Below, piece after piece: positions 40,391 through 51,184 of a stretch of 64,000 nt of DNA; within the stretch, counting starts at the first letter, position 1; each line of letters opens with the position of its first letter. Source of the DNA: Flavobacterium sp. (GTDB lineage: Bacteria > Bacteroidota > Bacteroidia > Flavobacteriales > Flavobacteriaceae); NCBI GenBank assembly GCA_014379405.1, contig JACMLU010000029.1, forward strand, positions 30,409-94,408. The letters run 5' to 3'. The translations under genes and the position numbers were made by a program. The notes under the pieces are model-generated. The model made no database searches, was not told the DNA's origin, and saw nothing but the letters and a program-made list of their open reading frames with translations.

Positions 40391-40637
40391 TTATTTTTCT
40401 AAATTTTGAACGGTAAAAATACAATTAATTATGGTTTCTGAAAATCTATTTTGTTAACAAATGTTAAGGTCTGATTAGTAGCCAACTTTTATAAAATTGT
40501 CCTTCGAGTTTCAATTGGTTTCGAAAGCATTTTCTTTAAAGAAGTTAACTACAAAATTTAATTTTCCCTTTGATAATGATTAGATTTAGCAATACATTTA
40601 CTGCTGGAAATACAAATTCGCAACTGAATATCATTAA

Positions 40638-41756
40638 ATGAATTTTGTCATCATTACTCACGTGCCGCATATTTTGGAGCAGAATCACTATTTTGCTTAC
40701 GCTCCTTATGTCCGTGAAATGAATATTTGGATTAAAAAGGTAGATAAAGTGATTATTGTCGCTCCAGAATCTAAATCCAAGAAGACTCCAGTCGACATTC
40801 GTTACGAACACGTCAACATTGAATTCGTGGCTGTTAATGGTTTTGATGTATTGGGCTTAAAATCTATTTTTGGCACTATTTTTAAAATTCCCGGAATTTG
40901 TTGGAATATTTATACTGTTATGCAAAAAGCGGATCACATTCATCTACGCTGTCCCGGAAACATGGGTTTATTGGCAAGTTTCATCCAAATCTTATTTCCC
41001 AATAAAATAAAAACAGCCAAATACGCAGGTAATTGGGATCCGAAATCGAAGCAACCTTTGAGTTATAAATTGCAAAAATGGATATTGTCGAATACATTTT
41101 TGACTCGAAATATACAGGTTTTGGTTTATGGAAAATGGGAGGGAAGTTCTAAAAACATTAAGCCATTTTTCACGGCAACTTATAATGAAGTTGATAAATC
41201 ACCTATCGTTTCTAAAGATTTGAAAAAACAGATTTGTTTTGTTTTTGTGGGAGTTTTGGTGTCGGGTAAAAATCCGTTGTACGCCATTCAATTGGTAGAA
41301 AAATTATTTAGAAAAGGTCATAATGTTGCTCTGAATTTGTATGGAGAAGGAGCAGAACGACATAAATTGGAACAATATATTAGCCAAAATAATCTGGAAG
41401 ACATTATTTCATTAAAAGGAAATCAAACTCAGGAAAGGATCAGAAAAGTTTATGAACAAAGCCATTTCGTCATTTTGCCATCCGATAGTGAAGGTTGGCC
41501 AAAAGCCGTTGCCGAAGGAATGTTTTGGGGTTGTGTTCCAGTGGCGACAAAAGTTTCCTGTGTACCTTTTATGCTGGATTATGGAAATCGTGGCATTTTG
41601 TTGGAAATAGATTTGGAAAAAGATGCCAATCAATTGGCGGCTATTTTGAAAAATGAAAAAGATTATTCAACGAAAAGCAAAAAGGCGAGTGATTGGTCTA
41701 GAAAATATACCTTGGATGTTTTCGAGAAGGAAATAGAAAAATTGCTGACACAATGA
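40638..41756 (+). CDS. GT4-family glycosyltransferase
   Basis: LPS.SEGWPKAVAEGMFWGC. Confidence 0.85.
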   Translation: MNFVIITHVPHILEQNHYFAYAPYVREMNIWIKKVDKVIIVAPESKSKKTPVDIRYEHVNIEFVAVNGFDVLGLKSIFGTIFKIPGICWNIYTVMQKADHIHLRCPGNMGLLASFIQILFPNKIKTAKYAGNWDPKSKQPLSYKLQKWILSNTFLTRNIQVLVYGKWEGSSKNIKPFFTATYNEVDKSPIVSKDLKKQICFVFVGVLVSGKNPLYAIQLVEKLFRKGHNVALNLYGEGAERHKLEQYISQNNLEDIISLKGNQTQERIRKVYEQSHFVILPSDSEGWPKAVAEGMFWGCVPVATKVSCVPFMLDYGNRGILLEIDLEKDANQLAAILKNEKDYSTKSKKASDWSRKYTLDVFEKEIEKLLTQ

Positions 41757-42826
41757 GAATACTCCAAATCATAGATTCTCTTGAGGCTGGCGGTGCCGAA
41801 CGAATGGCGGTTAATTATGCCAATGCCCTAGGCGATAGAATAGATTTTTCAGGATTGGTGGTGACCCGAAAGGAAGGGCCACTTTTGAATCAAGTCAGCA
41901 ACAAGGTTTCTTATCTGTATTTGAGCAAGAAAGGAACGGTTGATATAAAAGCAGTTTCTAGATTGCGGAAATTTGTGCTAAAAAATAATGTAGAAATAGT
42001 TCACGCACATAGCACTTCTTTTTTTCTGGCTTTTCTTTTAAAGTTAACTTGTCCGAAGGTGAAATTAATTTGGCACGACCATTATGGCGACAGCGAGTTT
42101 TTGTCCAAAAGGCCTTCGCTGGCTTTGCGACTAATGTTGTCTTTTTTCGATGGCATTATAGCCGTAAATCAAAATCTAAAACTTTGGGCGGAACAAAAAA
42201 TGCATTTTAAAAATGTTGTTTATTTGCCTAATTTTCCATCGGCAGAGAATAATGTTTTGGAAAACACGATTTTGCAAGGAATCCAAGGAAAACGAATAGT
42301 ATCTTTGGCGAATTTGAGAGTGCAAAAAAATCATTTCCTGTTGTTGGAAGTGGCCAAAAAAGTGCAACTATCTCATCCCGAGTGGACATTCCATTTAGTG
42401 GGAAAAGATTTTGAAGATGATTATTCGAAAGAAATTAAGAGACAAATTTTAGAGTTCAATCTGAAAAATAATGTATTTATTTACGGTTCGAAAAATGATG
42501 TCAAAAATATCGTGGAGCAGTCAACTATTGCCGTCTTAACATCACAATCAGAAGGTTTGCCAGTGGCATTGCTGGAATACGGATGTTATGCAAAACCCGT
42601 TGTCGTGACCAATGTGGGAGAAATTCCTTTGCTGATTCAAGATGGTAAAAACGGATTTATGGTTGAAACGGGAAATGCGCCAGCGTTTTATGATTCATTG
42701 GTTAAATTGATGAATAATGAAACCTTGCAAATCGATTTTGGTAATGAACTGCAACAGACTATTAATAATAAGTATTCAGAACAAAGTGTAATAGATAAAT
42801 ATTTAGGTTGGTTGACAAAAAAATAA
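41753..42826 (+). CDS. GT4-family glycosyltransferase
   Basis: GGAERM, HAHS, SEGLPVALLE, TNVGE. Confidence 0.9.
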   Translation: MRILQIIDSLEAGGAERMAVNYANALGDRIDFSGLVVTRKEGPLLNQVSNKVSYLYLSKKGTVDIKAVSRLRKFVLKNNVEIVHAHSTSFFLAFLLKLTCPKVKLIWHDHYGDSEFLSKRPSLALRLMLSFFDGIIAVNQNLKLWAEQKMHFKNVVYLPNFPSAENNVLENTILQGIQGKRIVSLANLRVQKNHFLLLEVAKKVQLSHPEWTFHLVGKDFEDDYSKEIKRQILEFNLKNNVFIYGSKNDVKNIVEQSTIAVLTSQSEGLPVALLEYGCYAKPVVVTNVGEIPLLIQDGKNGFMVETGNAPAFYDSLVKLMNNETLQIDFGNELQQTINNKYSEQSVIDKYLGWLTKK

Positions 42827-42829
42827 AAA

Positions 42830-44182
42830 ATGAAAAAAGACGAAATCCTATATCTCAATTTAATCCTGTTGCATGTTGCCATTGGGTTTTTGGTGTTTGT
42901 TTTTCCGTTTTTTTCAAAAATATACGGGTATTCCATTTTTATATTTGGGGCTTACATTATTCTAAAAACGCAAAACAAAAATAATGAAGCTCTAATGGCC
43001 GCTGCTTATGTGGTGGGTAGTGAAGTGTTTTTGAGGATGACAGGTGGAAACCCCTTATATGAAATTTCCAAATATGGTGTAATGGCTTTTGTTTTTATGG
43101 GGATGTATTTTAGCGGATTTTCAAAAAATGCCACGCCGTATTGGTTATTTTTATTGTTGTTGGTGCCCAGTGTGGTATTGACGACTTTTGTGTTGAATTT
43201 TGATACCAATATGAGGAATACTATCGCTTTTAATATTTCGGGGCCTGTATGTTTGGGAGTTTCGTCGCTCTATACTTTTAGACGAAAAATACCCTTGACC
43301 CAAATGAATTCAATACTTCTTTGTTTGGGTTTGCCTATCATTAGTTGTATGGTGTATTTGACTTTTTATACTCCAAATATTAGAGATGTGATTACCAGTA
43401 CCCAATCTAGTTTTGAAACTTCGGGAGGATTTGGTCCCAATCAAGTGGCTACCATTTTGGGAATGGGAATGTTTATATTCTTTTCTAGAATAATTTTGGA
43501 ATCACAGACTAAATATTTAGTCATTATTAATTTGATTATTGCCCTGAATATTACTTATCGAGGCATGGTTACTTTTTCTCGTGGTGGAATGGTCACTGGT
43601 TTTCTGATGATAATTTTATTACTGTTCTTTCTCTATACTAAATCTAATTATACTGGAAGAGTAAAACTTAATTATTTAATAGTATTATTGTCTGTTGCTA
43701 TGACGGCAACATGGGCATATACCTCTTTTCAAACAGGAGGACTTATAGATAAGCGTTATGCGAATAAAGATGCAGCAGGAAGGGTGAAGGAAAGTAGGTT
43801 TACGGGTAGGGAAGAAGTTGCCAAGGGAGAAATTGATGTTTTTTTGGATAACCCAATTTTTGGCGTTGGCGTTGGGAAAGGAGTCGAAGTTCGAAAAGCG
43901 GAAACTGGAGATGGTACTTTGTCACATGATGAGATTACCAGAATGCTGGCTGAACATGGTACTTTAGGGATTATTGGATTATTGATTCTGTTTTTTACTC
44001 CTTTGTTTTTGTATTTGGAAAACAAGTTCAATATGTATTTATTGTGTTTTGTAGCCTTTTGGTTTTTTACAATCAATCATGCGGCTATGCGAACGGCAGC
44101 ACCTGCATTTGTGTATTCTTTGTCTTTGCTCAATATATATTTTAGTGAGATTCCCAAAAAGAAGTCTATAGCAGAATTATAA
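42830..44182 (+). CDS. O-antigen ligase/Wzy-like polytopic membrane protein
   Basis: Multiple TMs, TFSRGG, FTGR, PIFGVG.G, SH.E..RMLAEHG. Confidence 0.8.
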   Translation: MKKDEILYLNLILLHVAIGFLVFVFPFFSKIYGYSIFIFGAYIILKTQNKNNEALMAAAYVVGSEVFLRMTGGNPLYEISKYGVMAFVFMGMYFSGFSKNATPYWLFLLLLVPSVVLTTFVLNFDTNMRNTIAFNISGPVCLGVSSLYTFRRKIPLTQMNSILLCLGLPIISCMVYLTFYTPNIRDVITSTQSSFETSGGFGPNQVATILGMGMFIFFSRIILESQTKYLVIINLIIALNITYRGMVTFSRGGMVTGFLMIILLLFFLYTKSNYTGRVKLNYLIVLLSVAMTATWAYTSFQTGGLIDKRYANKDAAGRVKESRFTGREEVAKGEIDVFLDNPIFGVGVGKGVEVRKAETGDGTLSHDEITRMLAEHGTLGIIGLLILFFTPLFLYLENKFNMYLLCFVAFWFFTINHAAMRTAAPAFVYSLSLLNIYFSEIPKKKSIAEL

Positions 44183-44379
44183 ATCGGATTCCAATTTTAT
44201 GGAATAAATTAATTAAAATCTTTTTTGCTGAAATTTGGGGAATTCATATTTATTGCATTAAGAAATTTACTCCATTCAATTAGTTTAACTAATAATAATA
44301 GTAGTTTACCGATTTTTTAATGATTTCATTGGTGGTTTGTGTAGATTTGTTTTTTTAAATTGAATCAGTAATTATAGCA

Positions 44380-45774
44380 ATGAACAAAAATAATAAAATA
44401 CATTTTGAAGTGTCTGAACGAAAAGTGTTGCTTCGGATTTTTGATGTTGTATTTGTTTTATTTGCTTTGCATTTTACTGGGGATTTATTGGATTTGAAAT
44501 ATCTCGTCGATTCAACAATTCATTTTCATTATTCCATAGTTCTTGCGCTTTATCTTAATGGAGTTGGGACTGTATTTGAAATGTATGATTTACAGGTCGC
44601 CAGTAATCAATACCAAGTATTGAAAAGCACTATTCTCACAGCTTCGACTACTGTTTTGTTTTATCTGTTGACTCCTATTTTTTCTGCTGAATTGCCTTCA
44701 AATAGGTTTCAAATTTTAATCTTTTATTTTACTGTAATTTTGGCCTTAGTTTTATGGCGAACTTTTTACGTCAAATTTTTGGCTTCCAATAGATTTGTGC
44801 AAAATGTGGTTTTGATTTGTAATCTGGAGCAAGTAGAGGAATTAGTAAGGGAGCTTGAAAAGTCGGATCCACATTATCGAATAGTTGCTTATGTTAATTC
44901 TGATAGCAACATTAATATTCGTCGTGAATACCATTTTGTGCAACTTCTTGAAGTAGATGATTTGGTACCGTTTGTTAAGGAAAATAACCTGTTTGAAATT
45001 GTTGTTGCCTCACATAAAACAGAAGATATTACTGTTGAATTGTACCAAAAACTACTTCATTTATTAGAAAACGGAACAACTATTCGCGAATATACACAAG
45101 TTTATGAAAATAAAACACAACGTATACCCGTGCATTATATGACTAGGGATTTTTACAAGTTTTTCCCCTTCAATAGAACCAATAGCAACCAACTGTATTT
45201 GCTGAATTTAAAAATTATGGAAACCCTGATTTCCATTGTTGGATTGATGTTTGGAGTGTTTATAATTCCTTTGGTTTTAATTGGAAATGCCATTGGTAAT
45301 AAAGGAAAATTGTTTTATACCCAAGAGCGAGTTGGGAAAAATGGCAAAATATTCGAGATTCTCAAGTTTCGGACTATGGTTAATAATGCCGAAAGGGAAG
45401 GCGTTTTTTTTTCAACCACCAATGATAGCCGAGTAACTCCTTTTGGAAAATTTATGCGCAAAACTAGAATCGACGAAATTCCACAATTTGTCAATATTTT
45501 AAAAGGCGAAATGGCAGTCATTGGGCCACGACCAGAAAGACCTTTCTTTGTCAAGGAAATTGCCGAAATAATGCCTTTCTATGAAACCCGTCACGTTATT
45601 AGACCAGGGCTTACAGGGTGGGCACAAGTAAATTATTCCTACGGAGAATCTATCGAAGATAGTTTGATAAAACTACAATATGATTTGTATTATATCAAAC
45701 ATCGAAGTGTTTTTCTGGATTTGAACATAAGCATTAAAACCATCAGTACGGTCTTGTTTTATAGAGGTCAATAG
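44380..45774 (+). CDS. Polyprenyl-phosphate glycosylphosphotransferase (priming sugar transferase)
   Basis: KFRTM, DSRVT..G..RKTRIDEIPQ, GPRPE, PGLTGWAQV, DLYYI. Confidence 0.92.
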   Translation: MNKNNKIHFEVSERKVLLRIFDVVFVLFALHFTGDLLDLKYLVDSTIHFHYSIVLALYLNGVGTVFEMYDLQVASNQYQVLKSTILTASTTVLFYLLTPIFSAELPSNRFQILIFYFTVILALVLWRTFYVKFLASNRFVQNVVLICNLEQVEELVRELEKSDPHYRIVAYVNSDSNINIRREYHFVQLLEVDDLVPFVKENNLFEIVVASHKTEDITVELYQKLLHLLENGTTIREYTQVYENKTQRIPVHYMTRDFYKFFPFNRTNSNQLYLLNLKIMETLISIVGLMFGVFIIPLVLIGNAIGNKGKLFYTQERVGKNGKIFEILKFRTMVNNAEREGVFFSTTNDSRVTPFGKFMRKTRIDEIPQFVNILKGEMAVIGPRPERPFFVKEIAEIMPFYETRHVIRPGLTGWAQVNYSYGESIEDSLIKLQYDLYYIKHRSVFLDLNISIKTISTVLFYRGQ

Positions 45775-45776
45775 TT

Positions 45777-46910
45777 CTAAATTACTACTGGAATACGTTT
45801 ACTGTTTTGAAAGGCTGTTTTTATCAACAATGCCGAACTCGTTAATACAAGAGGTAATACAATCAATAAATGTATTTTGTTTAGCATAAAGACTACGTAA
45901 ACAAGAATGAAAAAGAGATTCAATAAGGATAAATTGATAATCCATTTCTTTTTTTGAGTGTAAATAAAATAAAGGAATAGTAGCAAGAGCGGATTAAACA
46001 ATAAGATGTTGTAATTATTAGCCAACTCTTGATGAAAAGAATAAAATCCCATAAAGCCAAAAAATAATCCCAAAAACCCCATTATCGAAAAATAAAATAC
46101 ATCGACACTTTTTTTGTTTACCATTACAAGGATCCCAAGTGCTAAAATAAAGGTGTAAATGTTGTCCAACCAAGAACTTGGCGCTTCTTTTTTGAAATCT
46201 AAAATGGTTTTACTTTCCTTGCAAAGTGGCTGGTTTTTAAATTGAGTTTGTTGCAGACTTTTATGCAATTCTAATGGCAGGAATATTCTTGTTCCATAGT
46301 TATCTACCTTGCTTCCGAAGATGATGCTGGTGCCTAATTTTTGATAAAAAGAATTGTCAAAATAAGGATAAAGAATGCTTCTGTAAGTTTTGTCGGTACC
46401 GGATTTTTTGAAAATCACCTCCGATTTTAATGTTTTATTAAGGATTTCAACAACCATCGAAGTACAATTTCTATCAATGAATTTATAGGTGTAGTAGCGA
46501 TCTTCCGAAGCCAGTACAGTATTCAAGTTGTCAAATAATTGCTGTTTGTGTGCTAATGAAATAAGTAATTCCTGTTCGAAAACACTTCTTTGTTCATAAG
46601 TATATTGACTCATAAAATCTGAAAAGGAATGGGCAATAGCAAAATATTGTAAATCTCCTTTGGCAAATTTGGCAACAAAATTAGGCGTGCCAAAATCGAA
46701 AGCACCATAATTGTATACAACATCAAGATTGTTGTCAGTGTCGGTTATTCTAAGTGCGGTGTGCCCAAAAAGCGAATAGGATTCGTTGCCAGTGTCGCAA
46801 GTGATTACGCTGACACGGGCGTTATTTGATAAAGGAAAGTTCTGTCCAAAACTGATTATAGAACTGATTAGCAATGTAAAAAAAAATATTTTTTTTAGTA
46901 ATGAATTCAT
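45777..46910 (-). CDS. DUF4105 / Lnb-like domain membrane protein
   Basis: FGHTALR, YNYG.FDF, Y.F..RNCT, C-terminal TMs. Confidence 0.8.
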   Translation of the reverse strand: MNSLLKKIFFFTLLISSIISFGQNFPLSNNARVSVITCDTGNESYSLFGHTALRITDTDNNLDVVYNYGAFDFGTPNFVAKFAKGDLQYFAIAHSFSDFMSQYTYEQRSVFEQELLISLAHKQQLFDNLNTVLASEDRYYTYKFIDRNCTSMVVEILNKTLKSEVIFKKSGTDKTYRSILYPYFDNSFYQKLGTSIIFGSKVDNYGTRIFLPLELHKSLQQTQFKNQPLCKESKTILDFKKEAPSSWLDNIYTFILALGILVMVNKKSVDVFYFSIMGFLGLFFGFMGFYSFHQELANNYNILLFNPLLLLFLYFIYTQKKKWIINLSLLNLFFILVYVVFMLNKIHLLIVLPLVLTSSALLIKTAFQNSKRIPVVI

Positions 46911-46926
46911 TTATAAAGATGTAAAA

Positions 46927-48000
46927 TTAATTTCTGAACTGCCCCAAATCTACTTTTACCGAAAATATATTCGAATACAAGGCGGCACTTTGATTACCTA
47001 AATTGGTCAATGCATAATCAATTTGGATGCCTTTATATTTGAATCCCAAACCGATATTGGGTTGAAAGCCAACTTTTTCCGTATTGTCAATTTGTTGTAT
47101 GTTTTGAAAATTCCCAACACCAGCACGCAAGAAAACTAAGTCAGTGTAGCCAAATTCAAAACCCAGTGCGGGATCGATACTTGCAAAATCTGTTGAAATG
47201 ATGTCGTTTGTTTTGGTGAAAACCATATTGATATTGGCTGCAGCCAAAAGACTGTAATCGTATCGGATTATGAACTTTTTAGACAAACCCAATTGAGCTT
47301 TTGGAGCCGTAATTTCGGTGCTTTCGGGTAATTCCTGATTTTGTCCCGGAATGGCGTCGGCTATTTTTTTGTATTCAGCTTCGTCAATACTCCAAACATT
47401 ATAAGTAGTTGTAATATCTCGAAGCATCAAACCAAATTGCCAGTCGTCATTTTCGAATTGTATTCCTGCATCGAATCCAAAACCCCAAGAACTGGCAAAT
47501 TGGCCAATAACTCTGCGAATCACTTTGGCATTGATACCATATTGAAATCCCGGAACTTGTAATCTTCTAGCATAAGAAAAGGTAACTCCATAATCCGCAG
47601 TCGAAAAAAGACTGATGCGATTGTAGTCGATATTGCCTTGACTGTCGATTAATTCGGTCGTATTCATAATGTCGTCCACACCAAAACGGATTAGTGAAAT
47701 GCCCCAAGCACTTTCGTCGTCGATAGGTTTTGCGTAAGCTATGTAATCGTATTGGGCAATATTGGCAAAATAATTGGCGTGCATCAAGGATATTTCATGG
47801 TCTTCAAGATGAACTAATCCAGCTGGATTCCAATAGCCGGAATTCACGTTGTTAGTGTGAGAAGCCATCGCATTCGCCATTCCCAATGCTGCGGCATCAA
47901 CACCAATATTCATAAACTCGTTCGAATATTTTCTGACCGTTTGTGCATACGAACTGGCGCAAATCAAAAGGAGGAAGAAGAATGGAATTTTTTTTAGCAT
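46927..48000 (-). CDS. PorV/PorQ-family (T9SS-associated) beta-barrel protein
   Basis: EFMNIGV.AAALGM, YWNPAGL, beta-strand pattern. Confidence 0.8.
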   Translation of the reverse strand: MLKKIPFFFLLLICASSYAQTVRKYSNEFMNIGVDAAALGMANAMASHTNNVNSGYWNPAGLVHLEDHEISLMHANYFANIAQYDYIAYAKPIDDESAWGISLIRFGVDDIMNTTELIDSQGNIDYNRISLFSTADYGVTFSYARRLQVPGFQYGINAKVIRRVIGQFASSWGFGFDAGIQFENDDWQFGLMLRDITTTYNVWSIDEAEYKKIADAIPGQNQELPESTEITAPKAQLGLSKKFIIRYDYSLLAAANINMVFTKTNDIISTDFASIDPALGFEFGYTDLVFLRAGVGNFQNIQQIDNTEKVGFQPNIGLGFKYKGIQIDYALTNLGNQSAALYSNIFSVKVDLGQFRN

Positions 48001-48189
48001 TGATTGTTTCTCAGACTGAAGTACCGTTTAATTTTTTCCAAAAATATAATTTTTTAATGAGCTTACTCCTTACTTTAGTTAAATATTGAGAGCCAAAGAT
48101 TTTGTTGTTGAAAATCTCTTTAAAAACGCACTTCTCATTCACTTATTATATTAAATTTGTGAACTTCGAAACATTAAATCTACCGAATT

Positions 48190-48900
48190 ATGCAAATTAA
48201 AAAACACATTCCGAATATAATTACGTTACTCAATCTTCTTTGCGGCTGTATTGCCATAGTTTTTGTGGCTGAATTAAATTTTGAAATGGCATTCTATTTT
48301 GTGTGTTTGGGTATTTTTTTGGATTTTTTTGATGGGTTTTTCGCAAGATTGTTTAAGGTTGCTGGTCCACTTGGTTTGCAATTGGATTCTTTGGCAGATA
48401 TGGTTACCAGCGGAGTAGTTCCGGGTTATGTAATGTATTGGTTGCTGCAACAAAGCCAAGATCCTGCTGCTCCAATTTTGATTTTACCTTATTTGGGATT
48501 CATCATCACTTTGGGATCTTGTTATCGTTTGGCCAATTTTAATATTGATACCCGCCAAACTGATTCTTTTATAGGTTTACCAACGCCTGCCAACGCCTTG
48601 TTTATATTAAGTTTGCCTTTGGTTATAAAGTATTCGGATTCGTTGGTTATTTTCGAAATTCTGAGTAATCCATGGGTTTTGTTAGGAATTACTTTATTCA
48701 GTGCTTATATCCTGAATGCTGAAATTCCGTTGTTTTCCTTAAAAATAAAAGATTTTACCTTTAAGAAAAATGCACTTCAAATCGTCTTTTTGACTTTGTG
48801 TGTTTTATTGTTGGTTTTCTTCCAATATTTGGCGATTCCGTTGGTTATTGTTACTTACGTTTTGTTGTCGGTTATCAACAACAAGTTTCTGAAAAAGTAA
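48190..48900 (+). CDS. CDP-alcohol phosphatidyltransferase (PssA-like)
   Basis: PNIITL, DFFDG.FAR....G..G.QLDSLAD, RLANFN, F.GLP.P. Confidence 0.9.
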   Translation: MQIKKHIPNIITLLNLLCGCIAIVFVAELNFEMAFYFVCLGIFLDFFDGFFARLFKVAGPLGLQLDSLADMVTSGVVPGYVMYWLLQQSQDPAAPILILPYLGFIITLGSCYRLANFNIDTRQTDSFIGLPTPANALFILSLPLVIKYSDSLVIFEILSNPWVLLGITLFSAYILNAEIPLFSLKIKDFTFKKNALQIVFLTLCVLLLVFFQYLAIPLVIVTYVLLSVINNKFLKK

Positions 48901-48907
48901 TTTTTTA

Positions 48908-49771
48908 ATGAGGCGAACTACCACCCGAAGAAAAACTGTAATCAGACGAAAACCACGAAAGAAAACTTCCTTTTTCTCTGGTAAGGTTCGTAGTTATTCG
49001 ATAATTGGATTTTTTATCTTGCTGTTTCTTGGTACAGGCTATCATTATCGTGATGGATTGCTGTATTATTTGGGTTTTAAATCCTATAAATTAAAATACG
49101 AAGCCGCCGAAGCCAAACGTATTTCGGATGTTCGCAATTACCAAGTTCTAGAAAATCATCAAGGTAAAGCAATAGGTTTGGATGTTTCCGAGTTTCAAGG
49201 AAAAATCGATTGGACTTTGGTCGAAACCATTGAAGAAAATCATCCGTTGGAATTTGTTTTTATTCGTGCCACGGCAGGAAATGATAGGGAAGATGGTCGA
49301 TTTGAGGAAAATTGGCTTGGTGCCAAAAAACGAAAAATGATTCGTGGTGCTTATCATTATTACCGTCCCAACGAAAATTCGTTGGAACAAGCCCAGCTTT
49401 TTATCAAAACCGTTCACCTTCACAAAGGCGATTTGCCACCCGTTTTAGACATCGAAAAATTACCAAAAGGTCAATCTTTGGATAGCTTGAAAATAGGGTT
49501 AAGACGTTGGTTGAAAGCCGTGGAAGCCCATTATAAAGTCAAACCGATTATTTATACAGGAGAGAAATATTACGATGATTTTTTGAAAGAAGATTTCTCG
49601 GATTATCTTTTTTGGATTGCCAATTATAATTTTTATCGGGAGAAAATAGGCGAAGATTGGTTGTTTTGGCAATTTACAGAAAAGGCTTCCGTTCCAGGAA
49701 TTAAGGGTAATGTGGATGTTAATATTTACAATGGCGATGTCGAACAGTTGCGGTTTATTACGATGGAATAA
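48908..49771 (+). CDS. GH25 lysozyme-family protein with N-terminal anchor
   Basis: GLDVSEFQG, GAYHYY, PPVLDIE, FWQFT, VDVN. Confidence 0.9.
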   Translation: MRRTTTRRKTVIRRKPRKKTSFFSGKVRSYSIIGFFILLFLGTGYHYRDGLLYYLGFKSYKLKYEAAEAKRISDVRNYQVLENHQGKAIGLDVSEFQGKIDWTLVETIEENHPLEFVFIRATAGNDREDGRFEENWLGAKKRKMIRGAYHYYRPNENSLEQAQLFIKTVHLHKGDLPPVLDIEKLPKGQSLDSLKIGLRRWLKAVEAHYKVKPIIYTGEKYYDDFLKEDFSDYLFWIANYNFYREKIGEDWLFWQFTEKASVPGIKGNVDVNIYNGDVEQLRFITME

Positions 49772-49772
49772 A

Positions 49773-50009
49773 TTAATGTTTTCGTACAATCATTGAAACA
49801 ATAAACACAGCAAATAATATAAAACCAATCATAAACAACACCGATTTTGGATTGGCAAAATTGACTGTAAAACCCATCGATGGGTTTCTTTTTGGAGGCA
49901 ACAAACGTTTGTCTTCTCTATTGTAATAGATTAGTCCCCAAATCCAATTATTGGGATCTTTGCTCCATCTTTCTTGTATTTCGGGACTTGGATTGTCTGG
50001 ATCTTCCAT
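49773..50009 (-). CDS. DUF5808-like small membrane protein
   Basis: W.WG..YYN.EDKRL.PPKR...GFTVNFANP. Confidence 0.78.
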   Translation of the reverse strand: MEDPDNPSPEIQERWSKDPNNWIWGLIYYNREDKRLLPPKRNPSMGFTVNFANPKSVLFMIGFILFAVFIVSMIVRKH

Positions 50010-50011
50010 TT

Positions 50012-50752
50012 CTAAAATTCTAATTTTTTCTTTCGCAATTCGAAATTCTGTCCTAAATAAACTCTTCGTACCATTTCGTCTTCGACCAATTCTTCGGGAA
50101 TACCAGCTTTTAGAATACCGCCTTCAAACATAAGATAAGTTTTGTCGGTAATGGCCAGTGTTTCTTGTACGTTGTGATCGGTGATTAGAATGCCGATATT
50201 TTTATTTTTTAATTGAGCTACAATTCTTTGAATGTCTTCAACGGCAACTGGGTCAACACCTGCAAAAGGTTCGTCCAATAATATAAATTTTGGGTCGGTG
50301 GCCAAACAACGTGCTATTTCAGTACGACGACGTTCTCCTCCTGAAAGCAAATCGCCACGATTGGTTCGAATGTGTTCTAGGCTAAATTCGGCAATCAGGC
50401 TTTCCATTTTAGCTTCTTGGGCTTCTTTAGAAAGATTTGTCAATTGCAAAACGCTCAAAATGTTGTCTTCAATGCTCAGTTTTCTAAAAACGGAAGCTTC
50501 TTGAGCCAAATAACCAATACCTTGTTGGGCTCTTTTGTACATTGGATAATGAGTAATATCCAAATCGTCAAGATAAATGTTACCCATATTAGGTTTTACC
50601 AATCCCACGATCATATAAAAAGAAGTTGTTTTTCCAGCACCGTTTGGTCCTAAAAGCCCCACGATTTCGCCTTGATTTACTTCTACAGAAATGCCTTTGA
50701 CCACACTTCTTCCTTTATATGTTTTAATTAAATTTTCGGCTCTTAATTTCAT
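50012..50752 (-). CDS. lptB: LPS export ABC ATPase LptB
   Basis: GPNGAGKTT, YLAQEASVFRKL, LSGGERRR, DEPFAGVDP, ITDHNV. Confidence 0.96.
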   Translation of the reverse strand: MKLRAENLIKTYKGRSVVKGISVEVNQGEIVGLLGPNGAGKTTSFYMIVGLVKPNMGNIYLDDLDITHYPMYKRAQQGIGYLAQEASVFRKLSIEDNILSVLQLTNLSKEAQEAKMESLIAEFSLEHIRTNRGDLLSGGERRRTEIARCLATDPKFILLDEPFAGVDPVAVEDIQRIVAQLKNKNIGILITDHNVQETLAITDKTYLMFEGGILKAGIPEELVEDEMVRRVYLGQNFELRKKKLEF

Positions 50753-50759
50753 TTTTTGA

Positions 50760-50836
50760 GATTATTCGATTATTCGGTTATTTGTTTATTCGACAAATTA
50801 ACGAATAAACAAATCACCAGATCTACCATTTAACAA
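50760..50836. repeat. Inverted octamer array
   Basis: gattattc gattattc ggttattt gtttattc ... aacgaata aacaaatc. Confidence 0.65.
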
Positions 50837-51184
50837 TTATTTGTCTTCTTCCAATTCTTCCCAAAATTCATAGGCTCGGCGCAAATGAGGTATGACAATT
50901 GTTCCGCCTACCAATGTGGCAATTCCCATCGCTTCCATCATTTCTTCTTTGGAAATGCCTTCTTTATGGCAGTTTTCCAAGTGGTATTTCACGCAGTCGT
51001 CACACCGCAACACCGTCGAAGCTACTAATCCCAATAGTTCCTTGGTCTTTACGTCAAGTGCTCCTGCTGCATAGGCATTGGTGTCAAGATTGAAAATTCG
51101 CTTTACAATTTTGTTGTTGTCTGCCAATAATTTATCGTTCATTTTAGAACGATAGTCATTGAATTCTTTAACTAAGTTGCCCAT
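50837..51184 (-). CDS. Carboxymuconolactone decarboxylase / AhpD-like protein
   Basis: KTKELLGL...LRCDDCVKYH; start moved to ATG 51184. Confidence 0.88.
   Translation of the reverse strand: MGNLVKEFNDYRSKMNDKLLADNNKIVKRIFNLDTNAYAAGALDVKTKELLGLVASTVLRCDDCVKYHLENCHKEGISKEEMMEAMGIATLVGGTIVIPHLRRAYEFWEELEEDK

Noticed and set aside
40391-40637. oriC or parS next to parA
   Set aside because: No DnaA-box cluster or parS palindrome visible.
48908-49771. Prophage endolysin
   Set aside because: GH25 gene in housekeeping context with no holin, structural or integrase genes.
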